A stretch of DNA of 43,384 nucleotides from the NCBI GenBank assembly GCA_944359735.1, contig CALVTA010000001.1, forward strand, positions 1 to 43,384, in the 5' to 3' direction. The notes beneath the pieces are model-generated. The model ran no database searches. It was not told the origin of the DNA and worked only from the letters and a program-made list of their open reading frames with translations. Within the stretch, counting starts at the first letter, position 1, and every line of letters starts with the position of its first letter. The stretch is from an uncultured Bacilli bacterium (GTDB lineage: Bacteria; Bacillota_I; Bacilli_A; RF39; UBA660). Of this stretch, positions 1 to 8,633 are shown in pieces. The translations under genes and the position numbers were made by a program.

Positions 1-138
1 GAAACCTCTGATAAAGATAGAATAAAATATACCAAAAACAACTTTAAACAATCTCTTAAACAATTACTTTCTTTAGGTCTTACATCTAATGAACTATTAG
101 AAATAGTTAATCAGAATGCCTCTATTTCTGATAGTTAA
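1..138 (+). CDS. 3' end of an unidentified protein-coding gene (truncated by window edge)
   Basis: Frame 1 is open from nt 1 to TAA 136-138 (...LSLGLTSNELLEIVNQNASISDS*). No motif I can recognise. Confidence 0.3.
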   Translation, partial: ETSDKDRIKYTKNNFKQSLKQLLSLGLTSNELLEIVNQNASISDS

Positions 139-330
139 ATTTTGACTTAACTTGGGGTAAGGGGAAGTCTGCCATTTTTTAGTTTTTTTCCTAAAATAAA
201 TTTAGTTTTATTTTTCAGATTATACCTGCTTTCTTTAGTAATTATAGCAAGTAAGTAGAATAAAGACAAGTTTGTACTTTTCAAAATGTTGAAACTAGGA
301 TATACTATATATAGTAAAGGGGTGTAACTT

Positions 331-1860
331 ATGATATTAAGGAAGCCATATGCTCTTTTAATTCAATACTTTCAAAGGATACATTTAGTTTTAATATTTT
401 TGTGTGCATATATATTTTATAAAATACTTGGATTACGTAGTTTTGTAGCAGATTTTTTAAATACAGAAAGTTATAATGCTTATTATGAACCTATAAGTGA
501 TCATATAAACTTTTTAGTGATTATTTCTATAATTGTTGTTATAGTAATGAGTGTAGTTTTAATAGTGCTTTTAAGATATAAAAAGAAGCCATGGAAAATT
601 TACTTAGTACCGATATTTGAATATGTCTTTATGTTAGGTGTTTTAATATATGTTAGAAGTTATTTTAATGGCTATGATGAAATGTCAACAATTACGGCAA
701 TAATGGCAGGAAGGGATTTATTAAATATTGTTTCTTTGCCTCAATATGTAGTATTTATTATTTTTGGTATTAGATTTTTAGGTATCGATCTAAAAAAGTT
801 TGGTTTTAAAGAAGATGAGGAATATTTAGACATAAAAGAAGAAGATCGTGAAGAGTTTGAAGTAAATATTGAATTCGATAAAGATAAGATTACAAGAAAT
901 ATTAAGAAATTTATTAGAAATGTTAAATATGTTTATTTTGAACATCGACTTGTTTGTAATGTGATTATAGGAATTTTGTTTATTTCTATTACAGGATATA
1001 CATATTATTATTTTGGTGTTTTACATAGAACATATCAGGAAGGTAATATATTTTCTGCTAATTATTATGATATAAAAGTTAATAATAGTTATTTGACTAA
1101 TAGAGATAGTCAAGGTACTGTTATTAGTAATAATTATAATTATTTAGTTGTTAATGTTACTGTCAAAAATAAATCTTCTAAAAGGAAAATTAATTTAGAT
1201 CGTTTTAGAGTAATGAATAAAGATAATGAATATCATTATGTTACTAAAGAATATGATAATTTTAAAGACTTGGGGAAAGAGTACAATAATAAAGAATTAG
1301 ATATGAATGCAGAAACAACATTTATTTTAGTTTATAAAGTTCCTAGTGATTTAAATGTTAGTAAGTTTGTTTTGTATTATCCAGATGTTACTAATGGTGT
1401 TTTATTGAAAAAAACTAAATTAAATACAAAAGATGTAAGAGAACTTGAGACAAAAGAAGAAGTGAAAATAACAGAAAAATTATCTTTTCCTGATAAAAAT
1501 ACTTTGACTATTACAGATTTTAATATAACAAATGAGACTACTTATAGTCGATATGCTTGTAATGATTATGGTTGTACTACTATGGAATTGCCTTTAAAAT
1601 CTGATAATAAAATTTTAGTGATTTCTTTTATAAGTAATAATTTTACAGGTAAAAGTTTTGTTGACTTTTCTAATATATATGCTAAAATTAGATATGAAGA
1701 TAATAATGGCAAGATGCACAATATAAAACCTTCTTCTTTGGTTAGTGATTATAATGGAAATTATGCATATTTTAGTTTACCTACTAATGTTAAGGAAAAT
1801 GGAAGGATAGATATGATATTTACTTTTAGAAATGAACGGTATATTTATCATTTGAATTAA
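331..1860 (+). CDS. polytopic membrane protein with large extracytoplasmic beta-rich C-terminal region (DUF4352-like?)
   Basis: 509-aa ORF with RBS AAAGGGG 8 nt before the ATG. About 5 N-terminal hydrophobic helices, an acidic linker (EDEEYLDIKEEDREEFE) and one more TM (LVCNVIIGILFISITGYTYYYF). Then about 270 aa rich in N/K/Y with the strand pattern NYLVVNVTVKNKSSKRKINLDRFRV. Family call is from memory only. Confidence 0.55.
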   Translation: MILRKPYALLIQYFQRIHLVLIFLCAYIFYKILGLRSFVADFLNTESYNAYYEPISDHINFLVIISIIVVIVMSVVLIVLLRYKKKPWKIYLVPIFEYVFMLGVLIYVRSYFNGYDEMSTITAIMAGRDLLNIVSLPQYVVFIIFGIRFLGIDLKKFGFKEDEEYLDIKEEDREEFEVNIEFDKDKITRNIKKFIRNVKYVYFEHRLVCNVIIGILFISITGYTYYYFGVLHRTYQEGNIFSANYYDIKVNNSYLTNRDSQGTVISNNYNYLVVNVTVKNKSSKRKINLDRFRVMNKDNEYHYVTKEYDNFKDLGKEYNNKELDMNAETTFILVYKVPSDLNVSKFVLYYPDVTNGVLLKKTKLNTKDVRELETKEEVKITEKLSFPDKNTLTITDFNITNETTYSRYACNDYGCTTMELPLKSDNKILVISFISNNFTGKSFVDFSNIYAKIRYEDNNGKMHNIKPSSLVSDYNGNYAYFSLPTNVKENGRIDMIFTFRNERYIYHLN

Positions 1861-1872
1861 GGAGCGAAGATT

Positions 1873-3717
1873 ATGAATAATAAAAAAATGAAATTTGATA
1901 AGAAAAAAATAATTAGAATTGTTTCTTTAATTATTATAGTAGTTGCTGTTATTTTATTGGTTTGGTTTCTTTTCCTTTATCCACGTAAAGTTTTTAGGGA
2001 TAATGAACGTATGCTTAGTGAAGCAGGAGAAAGATATTATGAGATTAATAATACTCGTCTTCCTAAAGAGGAAGGTCGGGTTATTTCTGTTTCTTTAAAT
2101 ACTTTGATAAAGCAAGAGTATTTGGAAGGTTTATATGAAGCTTATGGAAATAAGTTATGTGATTTAAATGAATCTAATGTTAAGGCTGTAAATAAGAATG
2201 GTAATTATGAATATTATACTTATTTAAAATGTGGTAATTATGAATCAGATGTTGATCACGAAGGACCTGTGATTACTTTGAATGGTGATAAAAATATTAC
2301 TGTTAGTATGGGATCTGAATATAATGAACCTGGGGTTAAAAGTGTTAAGGATGATAGTGATGGTAGTATTGATGTTTCAAAGGTATCTATTAAAGGCGAT
2401 GTTGATACTTCAAAAGTTGGTACATATGAAATAACTTATACAGTTAGAGATAGTCTTGATAATAGGACAGATGTTGTTAGAAAAGTTAAGGTTGAACAGA
2501 GATTGGCTAGTGTAGTTAGAGAGAATACAGAAGATGGTTATTATGTTGGGCAAGCTATTAATAATTATATATTGTTTAATAATATGCTTTTTAGGATTGT
2601 TCGTGTTAATGATGATAATAGTGTAGTTATTGTTAGTGATGATGCTCTTGCTAGTGTAGATTATACTAATGATGGTAGATTTGCTAATAGCGCTTTAGAT
2701 AAATGGTTAAATGAATATTTTTATGGTTTGTTAGAACCTCGATATCAAGAGTTAGTAAAATCTAGTAAGTGGTGTGATGATGTTTTAGATAAAGAGACTG
2801 CTTCTACTATAAAAGAGTGTAGTAGGCAAACACCAGAAAGGAAAGTAGGTATTTTGTCATTACAAGATTATAATCTTAGCTATAATGGTATAAGTAGTTA
2901 TCTTAATAAAACTAATCTTACTTGGTATTCTAATTTTGCTAGTGACAATGAAGCTTGGTCTATAACATCAACAGGAGCTTATCCAAATTCTGGTCTTGTG
3001 GCTACGGAAAAGTCAAGTTTGTTAAATGTAGTTCCTGCTTTAGCATTGAAAGCTTCAACTTCTGTTTTAGCTGGTGATGGGTCTATTACAAATCCTTATC
3101 TTGTACTTGATACAAATATAGCTAAAAAAAGTAGTGAACTTAATAAAAGAGAGATAGGGGAATATATTAATTATTCAGGTTATACATTTAGAATTAGTAA
3201 TATATTAGATGACGGTACTGTTGAAGTTATTATGGAGTCTGTATTGAAATCTGATGGGGAACAGGTTAATATTGGTTATACTAATACTCAAAAACAAAAA
3301 GTTTATAATCCTAATCAAGAAGGAAATATTGGTTATAAAATTAAAAATGATATGACTAGATATATTAATACAGATTTATTTGTTAGGAAGACGATAAGTG
3401 TACCTATATACGATGAAAAAATTACGTATCAGGGTGAAAAAAATGTTAAAAAATACAAACTTTTAGTGACAATTCCGTCAACTTTTGATATATTTAGTGC
3501 AAGACCTAATAATGTTAGTGATTCTGGTTATTGGTTAATTGATTCTTCAAAAGCAGAAAATATTAAAGCTATAGTTAGATCTTTGGGGACTGTAACTTAT
3601 GTAATTGCTTCAGATGATTCAACGGCTGGAGTGAAACTCAAAGCATACTTTGATAAGGATACTTTGATAAGAAATGGAAGTGGTACTTTTGGAGATCCAT
3701 ATACGCTTATTGATTAA
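1873..3717 (+). CDS. membrane-anchored surface protein with Ig-like (DUF5011-type) domain
   Basis: RBS AAGGAG. N-terminal K-rich stretch plus TM (IIRIVSLIIIVVAVILLVWFLFLY). GPVITLNGDKNITVSMGSEYNEPGVKSVKDDSDGSIDVSKVSIKGDVDTSKVGTYEITYTVRDSLDNRTDVVRKVKV fits the DUF5011/HYR-like Ig signature. About 350 aa at the C-terminus are unassigned. No C-terminal sorting signal. Confidence 0.7.
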   Translation: MNNKKMKFDKKKIIRIVSLIIIVVAVILLVWFLFLYPRKVFRDNERMLSEAGERYYEINNTRLPKEEGRVISVSLNTLIKQEYLEGLYEAYGNKLCDLNESNVKAVNKNGNYEYYTYLKCGNYESDVDHEGPVITLNGDKNITVSMGSEYNEPGVKSVKDDSDGSIDVSKVSIKGDVDTSKVGTYEITYTVRDSLDNRTDVVRKVKVEQRLASVVRENTEDGYYVGQAINNYILFNNMLFRIVRVNDDNSVVIVSDDALASVDYTNDGRFANSALDKWLNEYFYGLLEPRYQELVKSSKWCDDVLDKETASTIKECSRQTPERKVGILSLQDYNLSYNGISSYLNKTNLTWYSNFASDNEAWSITSTGAYPNSGLVATEKSSLLNVVPALALKASTSVLAGDGSITNPYLVLDTNIAKKSSELNKREIGEYINYSGYTFRISNILDDGTVEVIMESVLKSDGEQVNIGYTNTQKQKVYNPNQEGNIGYKIKNDMTRYINTDLFVRKTISVPIYDEKITYQGEKNVKKYKLLVTIPSTFDIFSARPNNVSDSGYWLIDSSKAENIKAIVRSLGTVTYVIASDDSTAGVKLKAYFDKDTLIRNGSGTFGDPYTLID

Positions 3718-3732
3718 TTAAGGGAGTAAAAT

Positions 3733-4518
3733 ATGAAAGGGAAAAAGAAGTTGTATTTGATTTTTGGAGTTATCATAATTTTTGTAGCAGCTTGCATACT
3801 TTTCTTATATCAAAACATGAGTAAAACAAGTGATTTTACAATTAAAGATGAGAGCTCCAAAATAGAAAATGCTAAAAAATATGGTGATGATGTAGTTGGC
3901 TGGCTGAGAGTTGAAGGTACTAATATTGATTTGCCTTTAATTGCTAGAAATAATGTTGCAGATGTTTCGAGGAGAGATTATGAATTTGCTTGGACTAATT
4001 CTTTTCCTGATGAAAAGAGTAATCATTTTACCTTTATATCTCACAATATAAGAAATGTTTCAAGTAATCCTATTGTTGGTGATGATAGTATGACTTATTT
4101 TGAACAACTAATGTCATTTATCTATCCTGATTTTGTTGAGGAAAATCAATTTGTTGAGTTTACTGATTCTTCTGGTGAAACGGTAATCTATCGTATATAT
4201 GGAATTACTTTAATTGATGAAGGTCAGTCTTTGTCATATTATGATACTTTTACTAAGAAAGAGTTGAGGGAGTATATTAAAAAGGCTAAAGATGAGAGTA
4301 TGTATGATATGGATGTAGAAGTTTCAGATGATGATAGACTGTTGACTTTATATACATGTACGAGGTTTTATGGCTCTACTGACAGTTATTCATTTAGAGT
4401 AGATGCTAGAAAACTACGGGAGGGTGAGAAAATGAAGTATTCTATGGTTGAAACAAATGAAAATTATGCTAAAATAGCAGAAAAAATGGAAGAAGGTGAA
4501 AGTAATGAAGAAGTCTAG
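3733..4518 (+). CDS. sortase-family transpeptidase (class B-like)
   Basis: N-terminal TM. VGWLRVEGTNIDLPLI (SrtB-type N-terminal motif), His in FISHNI, catalytic TLYTCT (TLxTC) and Arg in FRVDARKL. Confidence 0.8.
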   Translation: MKGKKKLYLIFGVIIIFVAACILFLYQNMSKTSDFTIKDESSKIENAKKYGDDVVGWLRVEGTNIDLPLIARNNVADVSRRDYEFAWTNSFPDEKSNHFTFISHNIRNVSSNPIVGDDSMTYFEQLMSFIYPDFVEENQFVEFTDSSGETVIYRIYGITLIDEGQSLSYYDTFTKKELREYIKKAKDESMYDMDVEVSDDDRLLTLYTCTRFYGSTDSYSFRVDARKLREGEKMKYSMVETNENYAKIAEKMEEGESNEEV

Positions 4519-7309
4519 ATTATTATTAATTCCTTTAGTTGGTGTTGCAGCTGGTTTGGGTGTTTTACTGTCTAACACAAACAATGTTGAAGCTGCTAAT
4601 AATCAAACTTGTTCATCTGATTATTTTAAAAGTTTGATGGAGAATAATATTAGTGTAACTGTTAGTTCAGGTGGAGTAAATGTCACAAATAATACAGGAA
4701 TTAATTTAAAATACACTTTCTTTGCTGATGGTAGTAATCGTGGTTCTGGGGCTAATTTAGATGCTGGTGATACTGCGTCTTTAGGAGCTACATCAGGTGG
4801 ATATATAGAGTTGGTTTTAAATCAAGATTTAAAAGATCCTTGTATAGCTAGTACTGATGATGTGCTTGGTAGGGTAGAATTTAATACAGATGGACTTATT
4901 GATAATCCTTTGTATAATGATACAATTTGTGTTAACTACCGTAATAGATGGGGCAATGATCAAATAATGAAAAATGCGGTTCCATACTGTTATAGCCCGC
5001 AAACGTATAGTACGTATTCTGTTGATCAAGTTCAGACTTGGATAAATACAGCGGAATCTCTATATTCTAGTGCAAGTTCTCCTGATGATTCTGAATTTGA
5101 AGTTGATAAGTCATATAAAAGAGTAGAAGATGTTACTAAAATTGATCCTTTAGTATGTGATGCTTTTAGTAATAATAATTATGAAACTATGCACAAGTAT
5201 TCTTATAAGAAAGTAACGACTGAAGGTGATTGTAAAACTACTTGTCAAGAAAAGATTGAGGTTAATTTCAGTGATCCTGTTGAAGTTCAAGCTGGTTTAT
5301 GTTTCGAATATTTAATTGAAATAAAGTCTAAGGTGGAATGTAAGTCTAAATATAAAGCGGCACCACCAACTAGAAAAACTGTTTGTTATCCTACTCCTGT
5401 TTGTATAGGTATTGGAAAGAGTGGTACACAAATTTCTACTGATGCTGGTGGTCCTAATGAAGATTTTGATGCTTGTGTTCTTAGTTGTGATGGTGGTGAA
5501 TATTCTCAAAAGTGTATAGATAAATGTTATAACAAAGTTTATAAAAACAAAAAATCTACTAAGAAAGTATCTAATGAAAATAAATTAACTAAAGATGAGT
5601 TGAAAGCACTTAGTCCTTTAGTAGCACTTAACGATAGCTTTTATGAGGCTGTTAAAGTTAATAATAAGTGTAGTTTATATTCTATTGAGTCTATTAGAGC
5701 TGGTCTTATAAGTGCTGAGGACTTGTATAATTATAGACAACAAGATCCTGGTGGTTATTATAGTGCAGCTGGTTGGACTCGATCTAGTAGTGATGATACA
5801 GATAGTTGTCCTAGTGATTTAGGACCTTATTATTTCAGAAGTTTAGATCAAACTGTTAAAACTATTGCTATGATTCAAGGTACTTATAAATATAATCAAA
5901 GTAATTTGTATTATAATGCTATTGCTGGAATCTTAATGGCAGTACATGCTGATGGTACTTATTGTACGGATTATTGTTATTGGTCAGGTTCTTGTGGAAC
6001 TGATACGGTGTTAACTGAAGCTCAAGCTCAGGCTGAATATGAAAAAGAGCTTGAAGAATATATGAAAGCTAAAGCAGCGTGTGAACAATCGTCTAAATCT
6101 TGTAATACTGCTACTACGGAATATGAAATTATTGTAGATAATGCTGATAATGATAATGATACTAAAGATGATAAAGAGACATTCTCTTCTTATCAAAAAT
6201 TAAATAGTAATAAAGTTCAAGGTGATTTTCCTGATATGGTTACTCTTACTAGTGGTAAATGCGAAGGTAATGAAGATGGTTGGTGGTATCATAATATAAT
6301 TACTTTTCCTGGTACTTGGATAAATAATAAAACAGGTCAAAGTATTCATACTATGGATCCAGGTTATGAAGATTTTTATACTGCCGTAGGGCATGAATTT
6401 TGTACAAAAATAAATTCTGTTCCTGTTAATACAGCTTGGTATTATTGGAAAGTAAACCAAGAAGGTAATCCTGATGCTTTAACTGATAAGGAAAAACAGG
6501 AAATTGAAGAAAATATTGATATGAATATTCATGGTAAGATAGAAAATTATGGACAATTTGGTTGGGATTTTGATATAGAGTGTTTCTATGCTATTGGTGA
6601 ACCTGAGCAAGATCCTCCAAGTCCTTCTGATCCAGATCCAGATCCTAGTGATCCTCCAGGTGATGGGGATGGTGAGGGTAGTAGCGAATCACCAGTAAAT
6701 GATTATGAATTTAGATCTATTGCTTTAGATAATTTATTTCCTAATAGTGTTACTCCAACTAGTTCTATTGATAATAGTAAAGATATAATTGCTTCTAATT
6801 TAATAAATGAAGTTGAGAGTTTGAGAAATAATAATGTTACTACTATTGCTGATCCTGATACTAGAGAACTTGGATTTAATTGGACTTGTGGTGCGACTAA
6901 TCTGGAAAATCCTGATTATATAGTTCAGCCAGTATCACTTATTAATGATATTCAACTTTTAGGTGATAGTATTTATGATGGTGATTATTATTTAGATTAT
7001 CATATTAGATTGACTCCTGAGACGATGAATATAGTTCGAAAATATAATAAAGATAACGGAAATAATTATGCAGCACCTACAGATGTTAAAAAAGGTGGTA
7101 TTTCAACTGCTGGAGTTGATAAAACAGCTGGTGTTACAGTTTATAAAAGCTATTTACTTCATAACGAAATTCGTTCCTCTTTGCTTAAGAGTGGACTTAT
7201 AGGATGTAATAATGAAGAAGATGGTGAATGTAAAAATACTATTGATACTTCTACTAGTTGTTATAATGAATATATGGCTGAAAGTGCTGTATTGAAGGGA
7301 GTTGAATAG
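4505..7309 (+). CDS. large secreted cysteine-rich protein (possible adhesin or tip factor)
   Basis: The ORF track starts at GTG 4496. ATG 4505 lies 5 nt after AAGGTGA and overlaps the sortase stop. Signal peptide MKKSRLLLIPLVGVAAGLGVLLSNTNNVEA/AN. I count 29 Cys. Pro/Asp linker EPEQDPPSPSDPDPDPSDPPGDGDGEG. No LPXTG or NPxTN motif and no C-terminal TM. Confidence 0.7.
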   Translation: MKKSRLLLIPLVGVAAGLGVLLSNTNNVEAANNQTCSSDYFKSLMENNISVTVSSGGVNVTNNTGINLKYTFFADGSNRGSGANLDAGDTASLGATSGGYIELVLNQDLKDPCIASTDDVLGRVEFNTDGLIDNPLYNDTICVNYRNRWGNDQIMKNAVPYCYSPQTYSTYSVDQVQTWINTAESLYSSASSPDDSEFEVDKSYKRVEDVTKIDPLVCDAFSNNNYETMHKYSYKKVTTEGDCKTTCQEKIEVNFSDPVEVQAGLCFEYLIEIKSKVECKSKYKAAPPTRKTVCYPTPVCIGIGKSGTQISTDAGGPNEDFDACVLSCDGGEYSQKCIDKCYNKVYKNKKSTKKVSNENKLTKDELKALSPLVALNDSFYEAVKVNNKCSLYSIESIRAGLISAEDLYNYRQQDPGGYYSAAGWTRSSSDDTDSCPSDLGPYYFRSLDQTVKTIAMIQGTYKYNQSNLYYNAIAGILMAVHADGTYCTDYCYWSGSCGTDTVLTEAQAQAEYEKELEEYMKAKAACEQSSKSCNTATTEYEIIVDNADNDNDTKDDKETFSSYQKLNSNKVQGDFPDMVTLTSGKCEGNEDGWWYHNIITFPGTWINNKTGQSIHTMDPGYEDFYTAVGHEFCTKINSVPVNTAWYYWKVNQEGNPDALTDKEKQEIEENIDMNIHGKIENYGQFGWDFDIECFYAIGEPEQDPPSPSDPDPDPSDPPGDGDGEGSSESPVNDYEFRSIALDNLFPNSVTPTSSIDNSKDIIASNLINEVESLRNNNVTTIADPDTRELGFNWTCGATNLENPDYIVQPVSLINDIQLLGDSIYDGDYYLDYHIRLTPETMNIVRKYNKDNGNNYAAPTDVKKGGISTAGVDKTAGVTVYKSYLLHNEIRSSLLKSGLIGCNNEEDGECKNTIDTSTSCYNEYMAESAVLKGVE

Positions 7310-7311
7310 TT

Positions 7312-7773
7312 ATGAGTAAAGCAATGTTAGTTCTTGGTATTATTCTTTTAGCAATTATTACCTTTGGTATTGTTAATATTGTTCAAAATTATCAAACTGG
7401 AAACGAACTTGATTATTATTTACTTAAAGAAACGACTGAAGCGGCAATGACTGATGCAGTAGATGTTGGTTATTACCGCTTAAGCGGTCTACTTAGAATT
7501 GATAAAGAAAAATTCGTAGAAAGTTTTGTTAGACGTTTTGCTCAAAATGTATCTAATAGTCGTACTTATGATATTGGATTTTATGATATTAATGAAACAC
7601 CACCAAAAGTTAGTGTTCTAGTTAGATCAGAAACAGTCGCAACTGTTAATGGTGAATCTTTGGGTTTGTCTAATAGAATTGATGTTATTTTAGAAACTAA
7701 ATATCATACTAATAAACTTGTTACTGAAATGATTAGATCTGGTAAATTAGATTATAGCGAAGTTGATGAATAA
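7312..7773 (+). CDS. small N-terminally anchored protein (possible minor-pilin or TadF-like accessory)
   Basis: Starts 2 nt after the preceding stop. Single N-terminal hydrophobic helix (AMLVLGIILLAIITFGIVNIV) followed by about 125 soluble aa. The call rests on position next to cpaB only. Confidence 0.4.
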   Translation: MSKAMLVLGIILLAIITFGIVNIVQNYQTGNELDYYLLKETTEAAMTDAVDVGYYRLSGLLRIDKEKFVESFVRRFAQNVSNSRTYDIGFYDINETPPKVSVLVRSETVATVNGESLGLSNRIDVILETKYHTNKLVTEMIRSGKLDYSEVDE

Positions 7774-7793
7774 AAGAATAAGGAGGGTTTTTA

Positions 7794-8615
7794 ATGAATA
7801 ATTTAATTGTTGGAATTAAAAAATTCTTTACTAATAAAAATACTGTTACAGTTGTTGGAGTTATTCTTGCGATTGTAATACTTTATGTTGGGTATAATAT
7901 GCGAATAAATCAAGCGATTACTCCAGTTACTGTACCATATGCTACTGTGAAAATTAATCCTAGAACCCAAATAACAGAAGATATGATAGGTACTATGGAG
8001 ATTCCTCAATCGATGGTAAATGAGAATATTATTACTAATAGTGCTGATGTCATTGATATGTATTCTAATGGTGATAGTGTTATTCCTCAAGGCAGTTTAT
8101 TTTATAGTAGTAGTGTCGTATCACGTGATCAATTGCCTGATAGTATTATTTTAGATTATCCTAAAGGTTATGTTTTATATAACTTAGATGTTGATATGGC
8201 TAGTACTTATAGTAATTCTATTTATCCTGGTAATTATATTGATATTTATTTAAAGGTTCAAAATGCAGAGGGAGCGGAAGGTACATCTATTGCTCCAGAT
8301 AGAATTATGGTAGGCAAATTATTATCTAATGTCAAAGTACTTGCTGTGTTTGATAGTAATGGAAATAATGTTTTTGCTAATCTTGAAGAAAAGACGGCTC
8401 CTGCTCAAATAGTGTTTGCAATTCCTGAAGAATATCATATTTTACTTCGTAAGGCTAGTTTTTTAAGAATGTATGAGGCTGAAATTATTCCAGTTCCTAC
8501 TGCCGAATCTTTAGAAGATGAGCCTGGAGATGTTGAATTATCTAGTGAAGATTTAAGAAACTTTATTAATAATGTTACTGCTATGACAGAAGAAGATTTA
8601 TCTTATACTCGATAG
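7794..8615 (+). CDS. cpaB: Flp pilus assembly protein CpaB/RcpC-like (SAF domain)
   Basis: RBS AAGGAGG. N-terminal TM. SAF-like VTVPYATVKINPRTQITEDMIGTMEIP. PGNYIDIYL, LLSNVKVLAV and IVFAIPEEYHILLRKA match the CpaB pattern (PGDrVDVl, vrVLAv, tL.vtpeqa..L..A). Confidence 0.75.
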   Translation: MNNLIVGIKKFFTNKNTVTVVGVILAIVILYVGYNMRINQAITPVTVPYATVKINPRTQITEDMIGTMEIPQSMVNENIITNSADVIDMYSNGDSVIPQGSLFYSSSVVSRDQLPDSIILDYPKGYVLYNLDVDMASTYSNSIYPGNYIDIYLKVQNAEGAEGTSIAPDRIMVGKLLSNVKVLAVFDSNGNNVFANLEEKTAPAQIVFAIPEEYHILLRKASFLRMYEAEIIPVPTAESLEDEPGDVELSSEDLRNFINNVTAMTEEDLSYTR

Positions 8616-8633
8616 TAAAAAGGGGTGAATATA

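Noticed and set aside
139-190. GGGGTAAGGGG-containing segment after the truncated first gene, considered as a terminator, att core or tRNA fragment
   Set aside because: There is only a 4-5 bp possible stem (GACTT/AAGTC) with a 16-nt loop, no cloverleaf potential, and the T-runs are interrupted. The evidence is insufficient.
4829-6460. Four 61-86-aa antisense ORFs inside the Cys-rich protein gene, and similar ones at 7803-8090, 9435-9629, 11872-12072, 14306-14521, 15235-15456, 16078-16260, 16667-16918, 20631-20828, 21073-21396, 21824-22063, 22708-23034, 23565-23789, 26504-26779, 27689-27946 and 34500-34685
   Set aside because: These are typical shadow ORFs of AT-rich coding DNA. Their products are rich in Ile, Phe, Asn and Arg. 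They lack RBSs and are fully nested in stronger genes on the opposite strand.
6598-6690. GATCC(A/T)-rich repetitive DNA, considered as a tandem repeat, VNTR or contingency locus
   Set aside because: It is in frame and simply encodes the Pro/Asp/Gly hinge (DPPSPSDPDPDPSDPPGDGDGEG). The units are irregular and are not true tandem copies.
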